DNA of 64,000 bases from Planctomycetota bacterium (GCA_036479435.1 JAZGFI010000206.1:14297-78296), one strand, 5' to 3'. Positions 20,548 to 30,504 are shown, counted from the stretch's first letter. Translations and numbers: made by a program. The notes: generated from the sequence alone by a model not told the origin.

Positions 20548-20874
20548 CTAACTTCCGGTCTTATTCTCTTGCTTGGCGACCCAGGCTTCCCAGGAGCGGC
20601 CATCAGCGGTGTCGCGGCCATCGAAGTCAATGGCCGCGATGGTGGCGGCTAGAAAGCGCTGTTTTTCGGAGTCTGCCGCCTTGGGGTAATACTCAACGAA
20701 GGGCTCGGCGATGGCGAAATCGCGGTTGAATAAGAAACCCTCGATCTTCGTGCCGTCTTTTAGTTCGACGGTCACGTCACCGCGGTAGTCGACGGCTTGC
20801 TCGACGGCGTAGCGCAGATCGGCATCGCTGCGGGGGGAAAGGCGGGTGCCCTTCATGCTTTTATCTTCGGACAT
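20548..20874 (-). CDS. Small hypothetical protein downstream of hpnH (possible Sm-like fold)
   Basis: 108 aa from ATG 20874, 2 nt after the hpnH stop; AVDYRGDVTVELKDGTKIEGFLFNR..GRDTADGRSWEAW. Confidence 0.75.
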   Translation of the reverse strand: MSEDKSMKGTRLSPRSDADLRYAVEQAVDYRGDVTVELKDGTKIEGFLFNRDFAIAEPFVEYYPKAADSEKQRFLAATIAAIDFDGRDTADGRSWEAWVAKQENKTGS

Positions 20875-20876
20875 GC

Positions 20877-21899
20877 TTAGCTCACCATTGCCTTGACCGT
20901 GCGGAAGATTCCCATGGGTGACGAAAAAGTGTCGTCGACGGCGGTGGCTTCGTAACCGCTGTGCACCATGCAGTCGCGGCACTTTTCGTTGTTGCGATGG
21001 CCGTAGGCATCCCAGTCGGTTTCGGACATGAGTTCGGCGAAGCTGTCGGCGTAGCCTTCTTGCAACAAGTAACAGGGCTTTTGCCAGCCGAAGATGCAGT
21101 AGGTCGGGTTGCCCCACGGCGTGCAGTCGTACTCGATCTTGCCCTCTAAGAACCGCAGGAACATAGGCGAGTGGTTGAAGCGCCAGCTCTTTTTGGGCTT
21201 GCCGAGAATGCGTTTGAAGAGTCCCTTGGTTTTTTCGCGACCGAGGAAGCTCTCTTGGTTGGGGGCTTTGGAATAGGAGTAGCCCGGCGACAGCATCATG
21301 CTTTCGATGTTGAGGTCCATCATGTCGTCGAAAAAGCCGTGCATCTTCTCGGGGTCGGCGCCAGCAAACAAAGTGGTGTTGGTCGTGACGCGAAAGCCGC
21401 GTTCGACGGCGAGCTTGATGCCCTCGATCGCCTGGTCGTAGGTGCCATCGCGGCAGACGGAATAGTCGTGCTCGGCCTTAGGTCCGTCCATGTGAACACT
21501 GAAGGAGAGATATTTGGTCGGCTGGTAGTCACCGGCCTCGAGTTTCTCTTTTAGGAGCAGCGCGTTGGTGCACAAGTAGATGTATTTTTTGCGCTCAACG
21601 AGACCCCGCACGATGGCCGGCATCTCTTCGTGCATCAAGGGCTCACCGCCAGGGATGGAAACAATGGGCGCGCCGCATTCGTCGGCGGCGGCGAGGCACT
21701 GCTCGGCGCTGAGTTGGCGCTTTAGGATGTGGCCGGGGTACTGAATCTTGCCGCAGCCGGCGCAAGACAGGTTGCAGCGAAAAAGCGGCTCCAACATGAG
21801 CACGAGGGGGTAGCGTTTGTTGCGACGGATTTTTTGACCCATCACGTAACTTGCCACGGTCGCCATTTGGGAAACGGGGACGGCCATATCGGGGTTCAC
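20877..21899 (-). CDS. hpnH: Adenosylhopane synthase (hopanoid radical SAM)
   Basis: YPLVLMLEPLFRCNLSCAGCGKIQYP (CxxxCxxC); CTPWGNPT..FGWQKPCYLL; C..CMVHSGYE. Confidence 0.95.
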   Translation of the reverse strand: MNPDMAVPVSQMATVASYVMGQKIRRNKRYPLVLMLEPLFRCNLSCAGCGKIQYPGHILKRQLSAEQCLAAADECGAPIVSIPGGEPLMHEEMPAIVRGLVERKKYIYLCTNALLLKEKLEAGDYQPTKYLSFSVHMDGPKAEHDYSVCRDGTYDQAIEGIKLAVERGFRVTTNTTLFAGADPEKMHGFFDDMMDLNIESMMLSPGYSYSKAPNQESFLGREKTKGLFKRILGKPKKSWRFNHSPMFLRFLEGKIEYDCTPWGNPTYCIFGWQKPCYLLQEGYADSFAELMSETDWDAYGHRNNEKCRDCMVHSGYEATAVDDTFSSPMGIFRTVKAMVS

Positions 21900-22062
21900 T
21901 CCTCATCGAGGCGCCAGAGTTCCTGGACACCGGCTGGATGATACCGGGAATCAGCGGCCGGAAAAGCACTGATACGCCCTGACGAGGGGGTTGGCTCGGA
22001 CTATGATCCGCCATCGCCATGAAGGTCGATACGAACTAGTCTAGCTTTGCCAGGAGTAGGGT

Positions 22063-23541
22063 ATGAGCCGTCTTCGATTTGCCACCAGTCCGAGTTCTGC
22101 CCTAAAGGGCGCTGAAACCCTGATTTTGATCGCTCCTCGCCGTACTTGGCGAAAGAGCTGGTGTGGCTTTTTGGATGGCAAGGCCTGGTTGGCGACCCTT
22201 GAGAAGGCAATTCGAAATTCGGGGACGAGCCCTGCGGGCACGGCCACGTCGACCCTGACCGGCGAAAAAGTGCTCCAACGCGTTATCGCTATTTCCCTGC
22301 CCGACGAGGTTTCGCGCCATAACTCCCCGGCTCGCCACGAGGCGGCCCTGAAGTCGCTGAAAAGGCTGGGGCTGAAGAAAAGTGACCATGTGGCGGTGAT
22401 AGCGGCCTTGGACGAGCCGGGCCATCAGATCGCTCTGGCGAACGCGGTGGGTCGAAAGTTCTGCCTTTATTCCTCCAAGACGGGGGCCGGGAAAAGCGGC
22501 AATTTGAGTTTCGCGGCGGTGGACGCCAAGGGAGCGGCCTTGCGCTGCTCTAAGCTCACCCAGGAAACCGTGCACGCTGCCCGCTGGGCGGCCGAACTTG
22601 TTGATACGCCGACGGCCGAACTGAGTGCGGCCGATTTCGTGCGGGTCACGAAAAAGGCGCTGCGCGGCATTGCGGGAGTCAGCGTCTCAGAGATCCGTGG
22701 CAACAAACTGTTGGAGAACAAGCTCGGCGGCCTCCACGCCGTGGGACGTTGCGCCGTGGTGGAGCCGCGATTGCTGCTGCTTTCGTTCAAGCCCAAAGCG
22801 GCCAAGCGTCACGTCGGCTTGGTGGGCAAGGGCGTGGTTTATGACACCGGCGGATTGAGCCTCAAGGGCAAGATGGGGATGCCGGGCATGAAAAGCGACA
22901 TGGGAGGTGCCGCGGCGGTTGCCGGGGCCTTCCGTGCGCTCGTGGCGTCTGGGTTTTCGGACCGACTGACGGTGGCCATTCCCTTGGCAGAGAACGCCAT
23001 CGGCCCCAATGCCTTTCGGAACGACGACATCATCCACATGCACAGCGGCCACTCGGTTGAAATCAACAACACGGATGCCGAGGGGCGTTTGCTCTTGGGG
23101 GATGGTTGTTCTTACTTGGCGCGCAAGATCAAGCCAGATTTGATCATTGACGCCGCGACCTTGACCGGCGCGCAACTTGTCGCCACGGGCTACGCGCACG
23201 CGGCGGTAGTTTCGAACCGAGAAGGCCTGGAGAAAAAAGCGGTCAGCGCGGGTCTTGCAAGCGGGGACTTGGTGCACCCTTTGCCTTTTGCACCGGAGTT
23301 TTATCAGTCCGAATTTAGCAGTCGCGTCGCCGACATGAGAAACTCGGTGGCCAACCGCTCCAATGCGCAGGCGAGTTGTGCTGCCCAGTTCATCTACGCC
23401 CAAATCGACGACGTCAACATTCCCTGGCTACACGTCGACCTCGCCGGCCCCGCCTTCCGCGACGGCCGCGGCACCGGCTTCGGCGTGGCCCTCCTCGCCG
23501 ACCTCGCCTCCCGCATCCAAAACTCCGACCTAAAATCCTAA
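22063..23541 (+). CDS. M17 leucyl aminopeptidase family, NPEPL1-like
   Basis: VGKGVVYDTGGLSLK, MKSDMGGAAA, NTDAEGRL; VSRHNSP N-terminal motif. Confidence 0.92.
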   Translation: MSRLRFATSPSSALKGAETLILIAPRRTWRKSWCGFLDGKAWLATLEKAIRNSGTSPAGTATSTLTGEKVLQRVIAISLPDEVSRHNSPARHEAALKSLKRLGLKKSDHVAVIAALDEPGHQIALANAVGRKFCLYSSKTGAGKSGNLSFAAVDAKGAALRCSKLTQETVHAARWAAELVDTPTAELSAADFVRVTKKALRGIAGVSVSEIRGNKLLENKLGGLHAVGRCAVVEPRLLLLSFKPKAAKRHVGLVGKGVVYDTGGLSLKGKMGMPGMKSDMGGAAAVAGAFRALVASGFSDRLTVAIPLAENAIGPNAFRNDDIIHMHSGHSVEINNTDAEGRLLLGDGCSYLARKIKPDLIIDAATLTGAQLVATGYAHAAVVSNREGLEKKAVSAGLASGDLVHPLPFAPEFYQSEFSSRVADMRNSVANRSNAQASCAAQFIYAQIDDVNIPWLHVDLAGPAFRDGRGTGFGVALLADLASRIQNSDLKS

Positions 23542-23581
23542 ACCCTGAACACTTGCGTCAGACCAAAGTCAGCACCCTTTC
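23532..23581 (+). repeat. Dispersed REP-like repeat, copy 1
   Basis: aaaatcctaaaccctgaacacttgcgtcagaccaaagtcagcaccctttc, closely matching 39878-39926. Confidence 0.75.
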
Positions 23582-23653
23582 AAACCCAAAGTCGAACTTC
23601 CATCCTCTCTTTCGCCCGCAAGACATGCGTAGGGGTGCCTGCGGCTTGGCGGG

Positions 23654-24115
23654 TTAGTTGCCCAGCTTCGTGACGATGTCGAATTCTTTTTTGGCGACGG
23701 GTTGGACGCTGAGGCGTTGGCCTCTTTGCAGAAGAGGCATCTTTTCGAGACCTTTGGTTTGGCGGAGGTCTTGGAGGGAGATGATGTCGTCGAAGGACTT
23801 TTTGTGTTTGATGTCGACCATGAACCAACGCGGGTCTTCGGGTTTGGATTTGGGGTCGAAGTGAGAGTCCTTGGCGTCGAACTGGGTGTGGTCGGGATAC
23901 GACTCCTTCACGACTTCAGCCACGCCGGCGACGCCAATGGGCTGGACGCGGCTGTGGTAGAACAAGACGAGGTCGCCCTTTTTCATCTCGTCACGCATGA
24001 AGTTTCGAGCTTGGTAATTGCGGACGCCGTCCCAACAGGTTCGCTTGCCCTTGGCGCTGCGGAGGTCTTCGATGCTGAAGACGTCGGGCTCGGATTTCAT
24101 CAGCCAGTAATTCAC
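23654..24115 (-). CDS. EVE domain protein
   Basis: YWLMKSEPDVFSI..WDGVRNYQARNFMR..GDLVLFYHS..RLSVQPV. Confidence 0.95.
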   Translation of the reverse strand: MNYWLMKSEPDVFSIEDLRSAKGKRTCWDGVRNYQARNFMRDEMKKGDLVLFYHSRVQPIGVAGVAEVVKESYPDHTQFDAKDSHFDPKSKPEDPRWFMVDIKHKKSFDDIISLQDLRQTKGLEKMPLLQRGQRLSVQPVAKKEFDIVTKLGN

Positions 24116-24681
24116 TTTGTGGCCCTTCCGAGAAAATCGCCGGTACGGGTATCGATGTTGAGGCGCTCGCCTTCGCTGATGTGCTCAGGAACCTGCACCG
24201 AGTGACCCGTTTCGAGAGTCGCGGGTTTGGTGCGCGAGGTCGCCGAGTTGCCTTTGACAGCAGGGTTGGTCTGCGTGATGGTCAAAGCCACCGTAGGCGG
24301 CAGTTCCAAGGCGATGGGTGACTCCTTGTAGATCAAAGCCAAGACTTCCATTTCTTCCACCAGGAACTTCGACTCCCATTCGAGATCACCAGCGGGCAGG
24401 AAAAACTGCTCGTAGCTGGTGAGATCCATGAAGTGAAAAGCGTCGCTGTCGGCGTAGAGAAACTGGACTTTTTGGCGTGAGAAGTCGGGGACCCCAAAGG
24501 TGTCACCACTGCGAAAAGACTTGTCGAGCTTCTGCTTGGTTTTCAGATTGCGCAGGCGGACCTTGTGGATGACCGTCGCCCCTCGCGCTCTGGGGTCTGA
24601 AGATTGGTAGGACTCGACGATGTAGGGTGCATCTTCGAAATCGATGATCAAGCCGCGCTTGAGGTCGCTGGTGTTGTACAT
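24112..24681 (-). CDS. yeiP: Elongation factor P-like protein (EfpL/YeiP)
   Basis: EF-P fold (DLKRGL.I..FMDLTSYEQ..KPATLETG..VQVP..IDTRTG); loop PRARGA rather than PGKG. Confidence 0.8.
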   Translation of the reverse strand: MYNTSDLKRGLIIDFEDAPYIVESYQSSDPRARGATVIHKVRLRNLKTKQKLDKSFRSGDTFGVPDFSRQKVQFLYADSDAFHFMDLTSYEQFFLPAGDLEWESKFLVEEMEVLALIYKESPIALELPPTVALTITQTNPAVKGNSATSRTKPATLETGHSVQVPEHISEGERLNIDTRTGDFLGRATK

Positions 24682-24742
24682 GCGGATACCTTTTAGTTGC
24701 TGTGCTTGATTTTGTCACCTTCAAGGCGAGGCACAACGCGAC

Positions 24743-26032
24743 TTAGGCGAAAAAGCGCTCCAGGATTTTGATCATGGCCGCTTGGTCGTCGCGGCCCGCC
24801 ATTTCACGGCAGGAGTGCATCGAGAGCATCGGATTGCCGATATCGACGGTCTTGATACCGAGCCGGGCCGCGATGATGGGGCCGATGGTCGAACCGCAGG
24901 GCATGTCGGTCCGCATGACGAATTCTTGTACCGGCACGCCTGCCTCCGCGGCGAGGCGCTTGAAGAACGCGGCGGAGTCCGCCTCGGTCGCATAGCGAGC
25001 ATTGGCGTTGTATTTAATGCAGGGCCCCTGATTGATGGCGGGCTTGTGGTGCGGATCGTGCTTGGCGGCATAGTTGGGGTGGACGGCGTGAGCCATGTCC
25101 GCCGACAGGTGAAAGGTTTTGGCTCGCGCCCGGCATTCCGCCTCGGTGCCGCCACCTTGGACGCAGGTCACGCGCCGCATTACGTCAGCCAAAAAAGAAC
25201 TCGCCGCCCCCTGAGCCGAACTAGATCCGACCTCTTCGTGGTCGTAGAACACCAGCATGCGTGTCGTCGCGGTCGCAACATCGGCTTTCGCCAACAGCGC
25301 GACCAAAGCCGCGTGGCAACTCGCCAGATTGTCCAGGCGTGGGGCGTGGACAAACTCTTCGTTCAAACCAGAAAAGCCCGAGGGTTCGATGGTGTGCAAC
25401 ATCAGCTCAAAGGCGAGGATTTCTTCGCCGCCTTCGAGTTGAACTTGGCCCTTGAGCCAAGCCGGAAAATCAACTTCTCCGCCACTCAGGCCGACGATAG
25501 GCGGCATGACGACTTGACGGTTTCCGACACCTTCATCATTGGCCTTGCGACCGAGGTGAATGGCGAGCTGTGGGACTCGGGCCAAAGCTCGTTCGCTCTT
25601 CACGAGGATTGAGCGCTGGCCATTGGCCCCGCCGACAACGACTCGCCCCGCGATACCAAGGTCGCGATCGAACCAAGTCGAGAGCAAAACGCCGCCGTAG
25701 ATCTCGACGCCGAGCTGTTGGTAGCCCTCACGCTCGTAGTCCGGGCGGGGCTTTAGGCGCAGATTGGGGCTATCGGTGTGCGCACCGACCACACGAAACC
25801 CCGCCTCGGCCGCTTCCTCGTTACCGACGATGAACGCGGCGATAGTGGTTTCGTTGCGGATGACGTAGTGACGAGCGCCGACCGCCAAAGACCAAGCGTC
25901 GCCTTCCATCAGCTCACTGAAACCCGCGCCCTCCAAGCGACGCCGCGTCTCGGCGACCGCGTGGAATGGAGTCGGGGCCGCATCGATGTAGTCGATCATG
26001 TCCTGGGCCGCAGCCCGCGTCACAGCGTTCAT
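24743..26032 (-). CDS. apeB: M18 aspartyl aminopeptidase
   Basis: GAHTDSP, STWFDRDL, RLDNL, DHEEVGS, SADMAHAVHPNY, CGSTIGP, MLSMHSCRE. Confidence 0.93.
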   Translation of the reverse strand: MNAVTRAAAQDMIDYIDAAPTPFHAVAETRRRLEGAGFSELMEGDAWSLAVGARHYVIRNETTIAAFIVGNEEAAEAGFRVVGAHTDSPNLRLKPRPDYEREGYQQLGVEIYGGVLLSTWFDRDLGIAGRVVVGGANGQRSILVKSERALARVPQLAIHLGRKANDEGVGNRQVVMPPIVGLSGGEVDFPAWLKGQVQLEGGEEILAFELMLHTIEPSGFSGLNEEFVHAPRLDNLASCHAALVALLAKADVATATTRMLVFYDHEEVGSSSAQGAASSFLADVMRRVTCVQGGGTEAECRARAKTFHLSADMAHAVHPNYAAKHDPHHKPAINQGPCIKYNANARYATEADSAAFFKRLAAEAGVPVQEFVMRTDMPCGSTIGPIIAARLGIKTVDIGNPMLSMHSCREMAGRDDQAAMIKILERFFA

Positions 26033-26087
26033 CTTAGACCTCAACAGACCTCAGAAGTTTAGGATCCAGCCTCGAACATTCGTTGGC

Positions 26088-27365
26088 TTAGACCCAGCCT
26101 CGAACCTTCATCGACTCCGCGACTCGTGCCACGGCAACGACGTAGGCCGCCGTACGCATGTCCACGGAGTATTGCTTGGTGGCATCGTAAACGGCGTGGA
26201 AGGCTTTTGTCATCTTCTTGTCGAGGCGCTCGTGGACTTCTTCAAGCTCCCAGTAGAACTGCGTTCCGTTCTGCACCTGCTCGAAGTACGAAACCGTCAC
26301 CCCGCCAGCGTTCGCGAGAAAATCTGGGATCACAAAAACACCGTTGGCGGCGAGAATCTTGTCTCCCTCGGGCGTCGTCGGGCCGTTAGCCAGCTCGACG
26401 ACAATCTTGGCTTTCACGCGGGCGGCATTTTTGCCCGTGATCACACCTTCTAGGGCCGCGGGCACCAAAATGTCCATGTCGAGCTCTATCAGCTCTTTGT
26501 TGCTAACGGCCTGCGTATTGCCAAAACCAATGACGCTACCGGTGCGAGTTTTGTGCTCGATGAGGTCGGGGACTGAAAGGCCTTCGGGGTCGTACACCCC
26601 TCCCTTCGAGTCCGAAGCCGCCACGAGCTTCTTGTCGCGGCCGAGCAGCTCCGGCACCAATAGGGCCATGTGCTGGCCCGCGTTGCCAAAACCCTGCACC
26701 GCAAAAGTAGCCCCGTCACCAACGTCGGTGACCTTAAGAGCCTCGCGCAAACAAAAAACACCGCCGCGCGCCGTCGCGTCACCGCGGCCATGCGAACCGC
26801 CATAGGATAGTGGCTTACCGGTGAAAGTGCCTGGCGCATTGAAGCCGCGCTGCCAAGAAATCTCATCGGCCATCCAGGCCATGACCTGCGGCGTCGTGTA
26901 GACATCGGGAGCCGGGACGTCTTTTTCCAGACCCAAGATCCGACCGACTTGGCGCACGTACTGACGCGACAAGCGCTCAAGTTCGCCAAGGCTCAGCTCT
27001 TTGGGATTGCAAATGATCCCGCCTTTGCCTCCGCCGAGAGGAATGTCCACGACGGCGGTCTTCCAAGTCATCCAGGCGGCGAGGGCGCGCACGGTGTCGA
27101 TGGTCTCATCGGGGTGGAATCTGATTCCCCCCTTCGTGGGGCCGCGCGCGTCGTTGTATTGGACCCGAAAACCCTTGAAGACTTTCGTGCTGCCGTCGTC
27201 CATCTTGACCGGCAAGGAAACATGCAGTTCCCGCAGGGGTTCAAGCAAAAGCGCCAAAGTGCCCTCGTCGAGCTTCAGATACTGATTGGCGTCGCGCAGC
27301 TGGCGCTGGGCCATTTTGAAGGGGTTGTCTTCAACCCCGTCGGGGACGGTGGTAGCTTCGCTCAT
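26088..27365 (-). CDS. gdhA: Glu/Leu/Phe/Val dehydrogenase (glutamate dehydrogenase)
   Basis: RGPTKGGIRFHP, LGGGKGG, DVPAPDV, VQGFGNAG, ELANGPTT, PDFLANAGGVTVSYFE. Confidence 0.93.
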   Translation of the reverse strand: MSEATTVPDGVEDNPFKMAQRQLRDANQYLKLDEGTLALLLEPLRELHVSLPVKMDDGSTKVFKGFRVQYNDARGPTKGGIRFHPDETIDTVRALAAWMTWKTAVVDIPLGGGKGGIICNPKELSLGELERLSRQYVRQVGRILGLEKDVPAPDVYTTPQVMAWMADEISWQRGFNAPGTFTGKPLSYGGSHGRGDATARGGVFCLREALKVTDVGDGATFAVQGFGNAGQHMALLVPELLGRDKKLVAASDSKGGVYDPEGLSVPDLIEHKTRTGSVIGFGNTQAVSNKELIELDMDILVPAALEGVITGKNAARVKAKIVVELANGPTTPEGDKILAANGVFVIPDFLANAGGVTVSYFEQVQNGTQFYWELEEVHERLDKKMTKAFHAVYDATKQYSVDMRTAAYVVAVARVAESMKVRGWV

Positions 27366-27595
27366 GTCGCGTTCCGTTGAGTTTGGGTGAAAACCGCCGA
27401 ATTCGGCCTTTTCCGCTCTCTGATAACCTCTTTGTGCCAAAGCATCATCCCTAACTTTGAAGTTTGGTTTTTCGCTTTGGTCGCAGGGTGGCTAACCCCT
27501 ACGGTTCACGAACATTTGTCGATCCCTTATGATCTCCCAAAACACGAGTTCCTCGCGCGCCCGAGCGACGAAATTCCCCAAGGAGACTGCCCACC

Positions 27596-28126
27596 ATGGT
27601 GCGCAGCGCATCCACGGTCTTGTTGATTCTCGGTCTGGCCACTGCAGCACTGCTGTGGTCCGGGCCCGGAGATAGTCACCAACCGGCCCTCGCCAAAACT
27701 CTCGACCCGGCCGCGGCCGCCGCGGATTCCTGGACCTTCATTCTGAACGACATTCAAGACCTCCCGCGCGAAGGCGAAACCGAGGAGATGTTCGGCTTCC
27801 TTTTCGACGTCGGCGCCTTCGGAATTCCGGAGCTCAAACGCAGCTGGAAGCTTCGCGGCAGCCCGCCGAGATTTCGACCCCACCCTGATTCGGCACGCAC
27901 CTACCGATGGGAGCTCTTAGACAGTCGTGGCATCTTGCTCGACAGCGGAAAACACCTCGACAAGATCGCGCTCTACACGAGCACTGAAAACGGCCCCTGT
28001 CTTAAGTCCACCGTTCAGGATCACGGCATGTTAATCCGATGCGTCTTCCATCCCGCGGCGCAAAGGCTCCGCATCACGCTCGCCGGCAGCCAGACGGCCC
28101 ATCATGACGAGGAGCACGGCCACTAA
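27596..28126 (+). CDS. Hypothetical exported protein coupled to the M64 peptidase
   Basis: N-terminal signal/anchor; SD AAGGAG; stop/start overlap TAATG with the next gene. Confidence 0.7.
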   Translation: MVRSASTVLLILGLATAALLWSGPGDSHQPALAKTLDPAAAAADSWTFILNDIQDLPREGETEEMFGFLFDVGAFGIPELKRSWKLRGSPPRFRPHPDSARTYRWELLDSRGILLDSGKHLDKIALYTSTENGPCLKSTVQDHGMLIRCVFHPAAQRLRITLAGSQTAHHDEEHGH

Positions 28127-30093
28127 TGCAATCCCTCAACAAGCTCACTCCGCTCCTCATTGCCACGGCGATTTTCGCCACCGTCTTAGGCTCTAGCGCC
28201 ACAAGCTACGGCCAAAGCGTCTGGACCACCGTCAAAGAATGGGACACCGGCGACTCCGGCAATCGTCTCGACATCGTGATCATGGGCGACGGTTACACCG
28301 CAGCGGAGATGCCACTTTTTCGCACGCATGTTTCCAACTTCATCGCAGCCTGGCTCAACCAGACGCCGGTCGTGGAGTACAAACAACACGTCAACATCTG
28401 GCGCATTGAAGTCGAATCAACCGATAGCGGCGCGGACCACCCGAGCGCCTGTTTCACGACGCCCGTCATGGTCAACACGACTTTGGATGCGAGCTACTGC
28501 ACCGGCGGCACCCAACGCTGTCTTTATTGCAACACAACGACCGCCCACGGTACGGCGGCGCTTAACGTGCCGATGTACGACGAGGTCATCGTCGTCGTCA
28601 ACGACTCGGTCTACGGCGGCTGCGGCGGCTCCGTCGCCTGCTACGCCGGGGCGAATTCGAGTTCGCTCGGCATCGCCATTCACGAACTGGGCCACTCCGT
28701 GTTCGGGCTTGCCGACGAGTACGACTACGGCTCTTCCAATCCGACTTACACCGGCGGACAATTCAGCCAGGTCAACGTCTCCAACCAAGATGCCGCCGCA
28801 ATGACGGCTGCACAATCGAAATGGCACTACTGGATCGGCCTTGAAGGCGTGAGCGCCTTTGAAGGTGCGGCCTACCACCCCTTCGGCGTTTGGCGGCCAA
28901 AGTCAAACTGCCTCATGCGCAATCTCGGGCAGCCCTTTTGCCCCGTTTGCCGCGAGGAGGTTATTGAGGACCTGTGGGACTACGTCACCGGTTACGACGA
29001 TGTGACGCCCTCAACGACGGGTCAAAACCTTTACCCCTACGACCAAATTCTCAGCGTTTCGCTGCCTGACGTCACGCACAATGCCATGCAAGCCGAATGG
29101 TTGATTGATGGCGTCGTGCAAGCGGCGGCGGGAACGACCAACACCGTGGGCGCGGTAACTACCTACAGCTTCGATCCCTCGACCGTACTGGCTCCCAACA
29201 GCGGACAACACCAAATCACATTCCGCATCACAGACGCCGTGTCTTGGTACTTGAAGGTTCAGCCCTACCGACCCTTGCCAAACGTCGAGTGGATGGTCAC
29301 GGATGTGATCGTCGACTTCGAAGTCACCTCGTTTTCAATCAACACGCCCGCCGACGATGCCGGAGAGTTGTTGACCGTCGACGAGACGATCAGCAACTCG
29401 GGGTCGACCGCCTCGCCCGTCGTGCGTGTCGGCTACTACGCTTCGACAGACGCGAACATCACGACCTCGGACACCCTGATCGAAGTCCGCGACTTGGCCC
29501 CGATCCCAGCGGGCACTTCGGTGTCTCTGACGAAGTCGGTGCGACTGCCAACGACTTTCCTTTTCGCAACCACGCAAGCCTACATCGGCATGATCGTAGA
29601 CGACCTCGAAACCCTGACCGAAACCAACGACAACAACAACCGGGCTGTTGACACGACACCGCTGCCCTTCAACAACGCGAGCAGTCTGCAATCAACGACT
29701 GGCCTCATGCCCGCTGCCGCAGCGACGAGTGCGACCTTGTCGATCGACGTCGGAAGCGAGTACGGTGGGAGTGGCTTCATCATGGTGCCGTCGGTAACAC
29801 CCACGACCGGTCCTGGATCTTGGCTGGGCCCCTTCGTCGGCTTCGTAGATCTCGCCCTGGACGATCTCAGCGACCAAGTCGTGGGCGGACTTCTTGGAGC
29901 CCCCATCTTCCAAAACTTCGCGGGAACGCTCGACGCCTTCGGACAGGGACAAGCCGTCTTCTTTAAGCCCGCCCTGCCTCCGAGTGTCGCCGGTGGCTTT
30001 ATCCACTTCGCCGCCGCGATCATCGAACTTGACGGCGGCGGCAACATCGTTGCGCCCCGCGTCACGAACAGCACATCCATTTTGATTTTCTGA
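28126..30093 (+). CDS. Secreted M64-family metallopeptidase with CARDB-like domain
   Basis: NRLDIVIMGDGYT, HELGHSVFGLADEY, FEGA.Y..RP..CLMR..FCPVC; CARDB-like ETNDNNN. Confidence 0.9.
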   Translation: MQSLNKLTPLLIATAIFATVLGSSATSYGQSVWTTVKEWDTGDSGNRLDIVIMGDGYTAAEMPLFRTHVSNFIAAWLNQTPVVEYKQHVNIWRIEVESTDSGADHPSACFTTPVMVNTTLDASYCTGGTQRCLYCNTTTAHGTAALNVPMYDEVIVVVNDSVYGGCGGSVACYAGANSSSLGIAIHELGHSVFGLADEYDYGSSNPTYTGGQFSQVNVSNQDAAAMTAAQSKWHYWIGLEGVSAFEGAAYHPFGVWRPKSNCLMRNLGQPFCPVCREEVIEDLWDYVTGYDDVTPSTTGQNLYPYDQILSVSLPDVTHNAMQAEWLIDGVVQAAAGTTNTVGAVTTYSFDPSTVLAPNSGQHQITFRITDAVSWYLKVQPYRPLPNVEWMVTDVIVDFEVTSFSINTPADDAGELLTVDETISNSGSTASPVVRVGYYASTDANITTSDTLIEVRDLAPIPAGTSVSLTKSVRLPTTFLFATTQAYIGMIVDDLETLTETNDNNNRAVDTTPLPFNNASSLQSTTGLMPAAAATSATLSIDVGSEYGGSGFIMVPSVTPTTGPGSWLGPFVGFVDLALDDLSDQVVGGLLGAPIFQNFAGTLDAFGQGQAVFFKPALPPSVAGGFIHFAAAIIELDGGGNIVAPRVTNSTSILIF

Positions 30094-30099
30094 TTCACG

Positions 30100-30504
30100 G
30101 CCTGGAATGAAAAAGGGCTGCGCGACTTTCCCGACATGTTCCAAAGGAACCAGGAATCGAACCTTGGAGAGCGCAAGCGAACGCTCAAAGTGCCATGGGA
30201 AAGAGAGTCTCCGGCAAGGGCTTGGACCGCACCAGGGGCTGTTGCACGTCCTCTGCGTCTACCTCTCCGGCTGTTTGAAAGCGCTTGGAATACCTACTCG
30301 ACCATCCTCTGCATCCCCGTAATTGATGCTGGAGACCAAAGAGAGTTCGAATTGCTCAGTAACATCAGCGCCGCCACCGTGCGCCGCCACATCAGCGCTT
30401 CGCTCGAGAGGCTCAAAAACAGCTGGGCATCTCACGCTTTCAACGAAGTCTTAGTCGGCGATCGTTGGCACCGGCTCAACTACGACCGACTGGGCCAAGC
30501 ATAG
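30100..30504 (+). pseudogene. Frameshifted transglutaminase-like gene remnant
   Basis: Motifs split over three frames: RTRGCCTSSA / VYLSGCLKALGIPTR / TILCIPVIDA...WASHAFNEVLVGDRWHRLNY; boundaries approximate. Confidence 0.65.

Noticed and set aside
26059..26106. Short duplication of the gdh 3' end (CCAGCCTCGAAC twice)
   Set aside because: Only 12 bp exact and about 30 bp apart, with no cargo; likely local slippage
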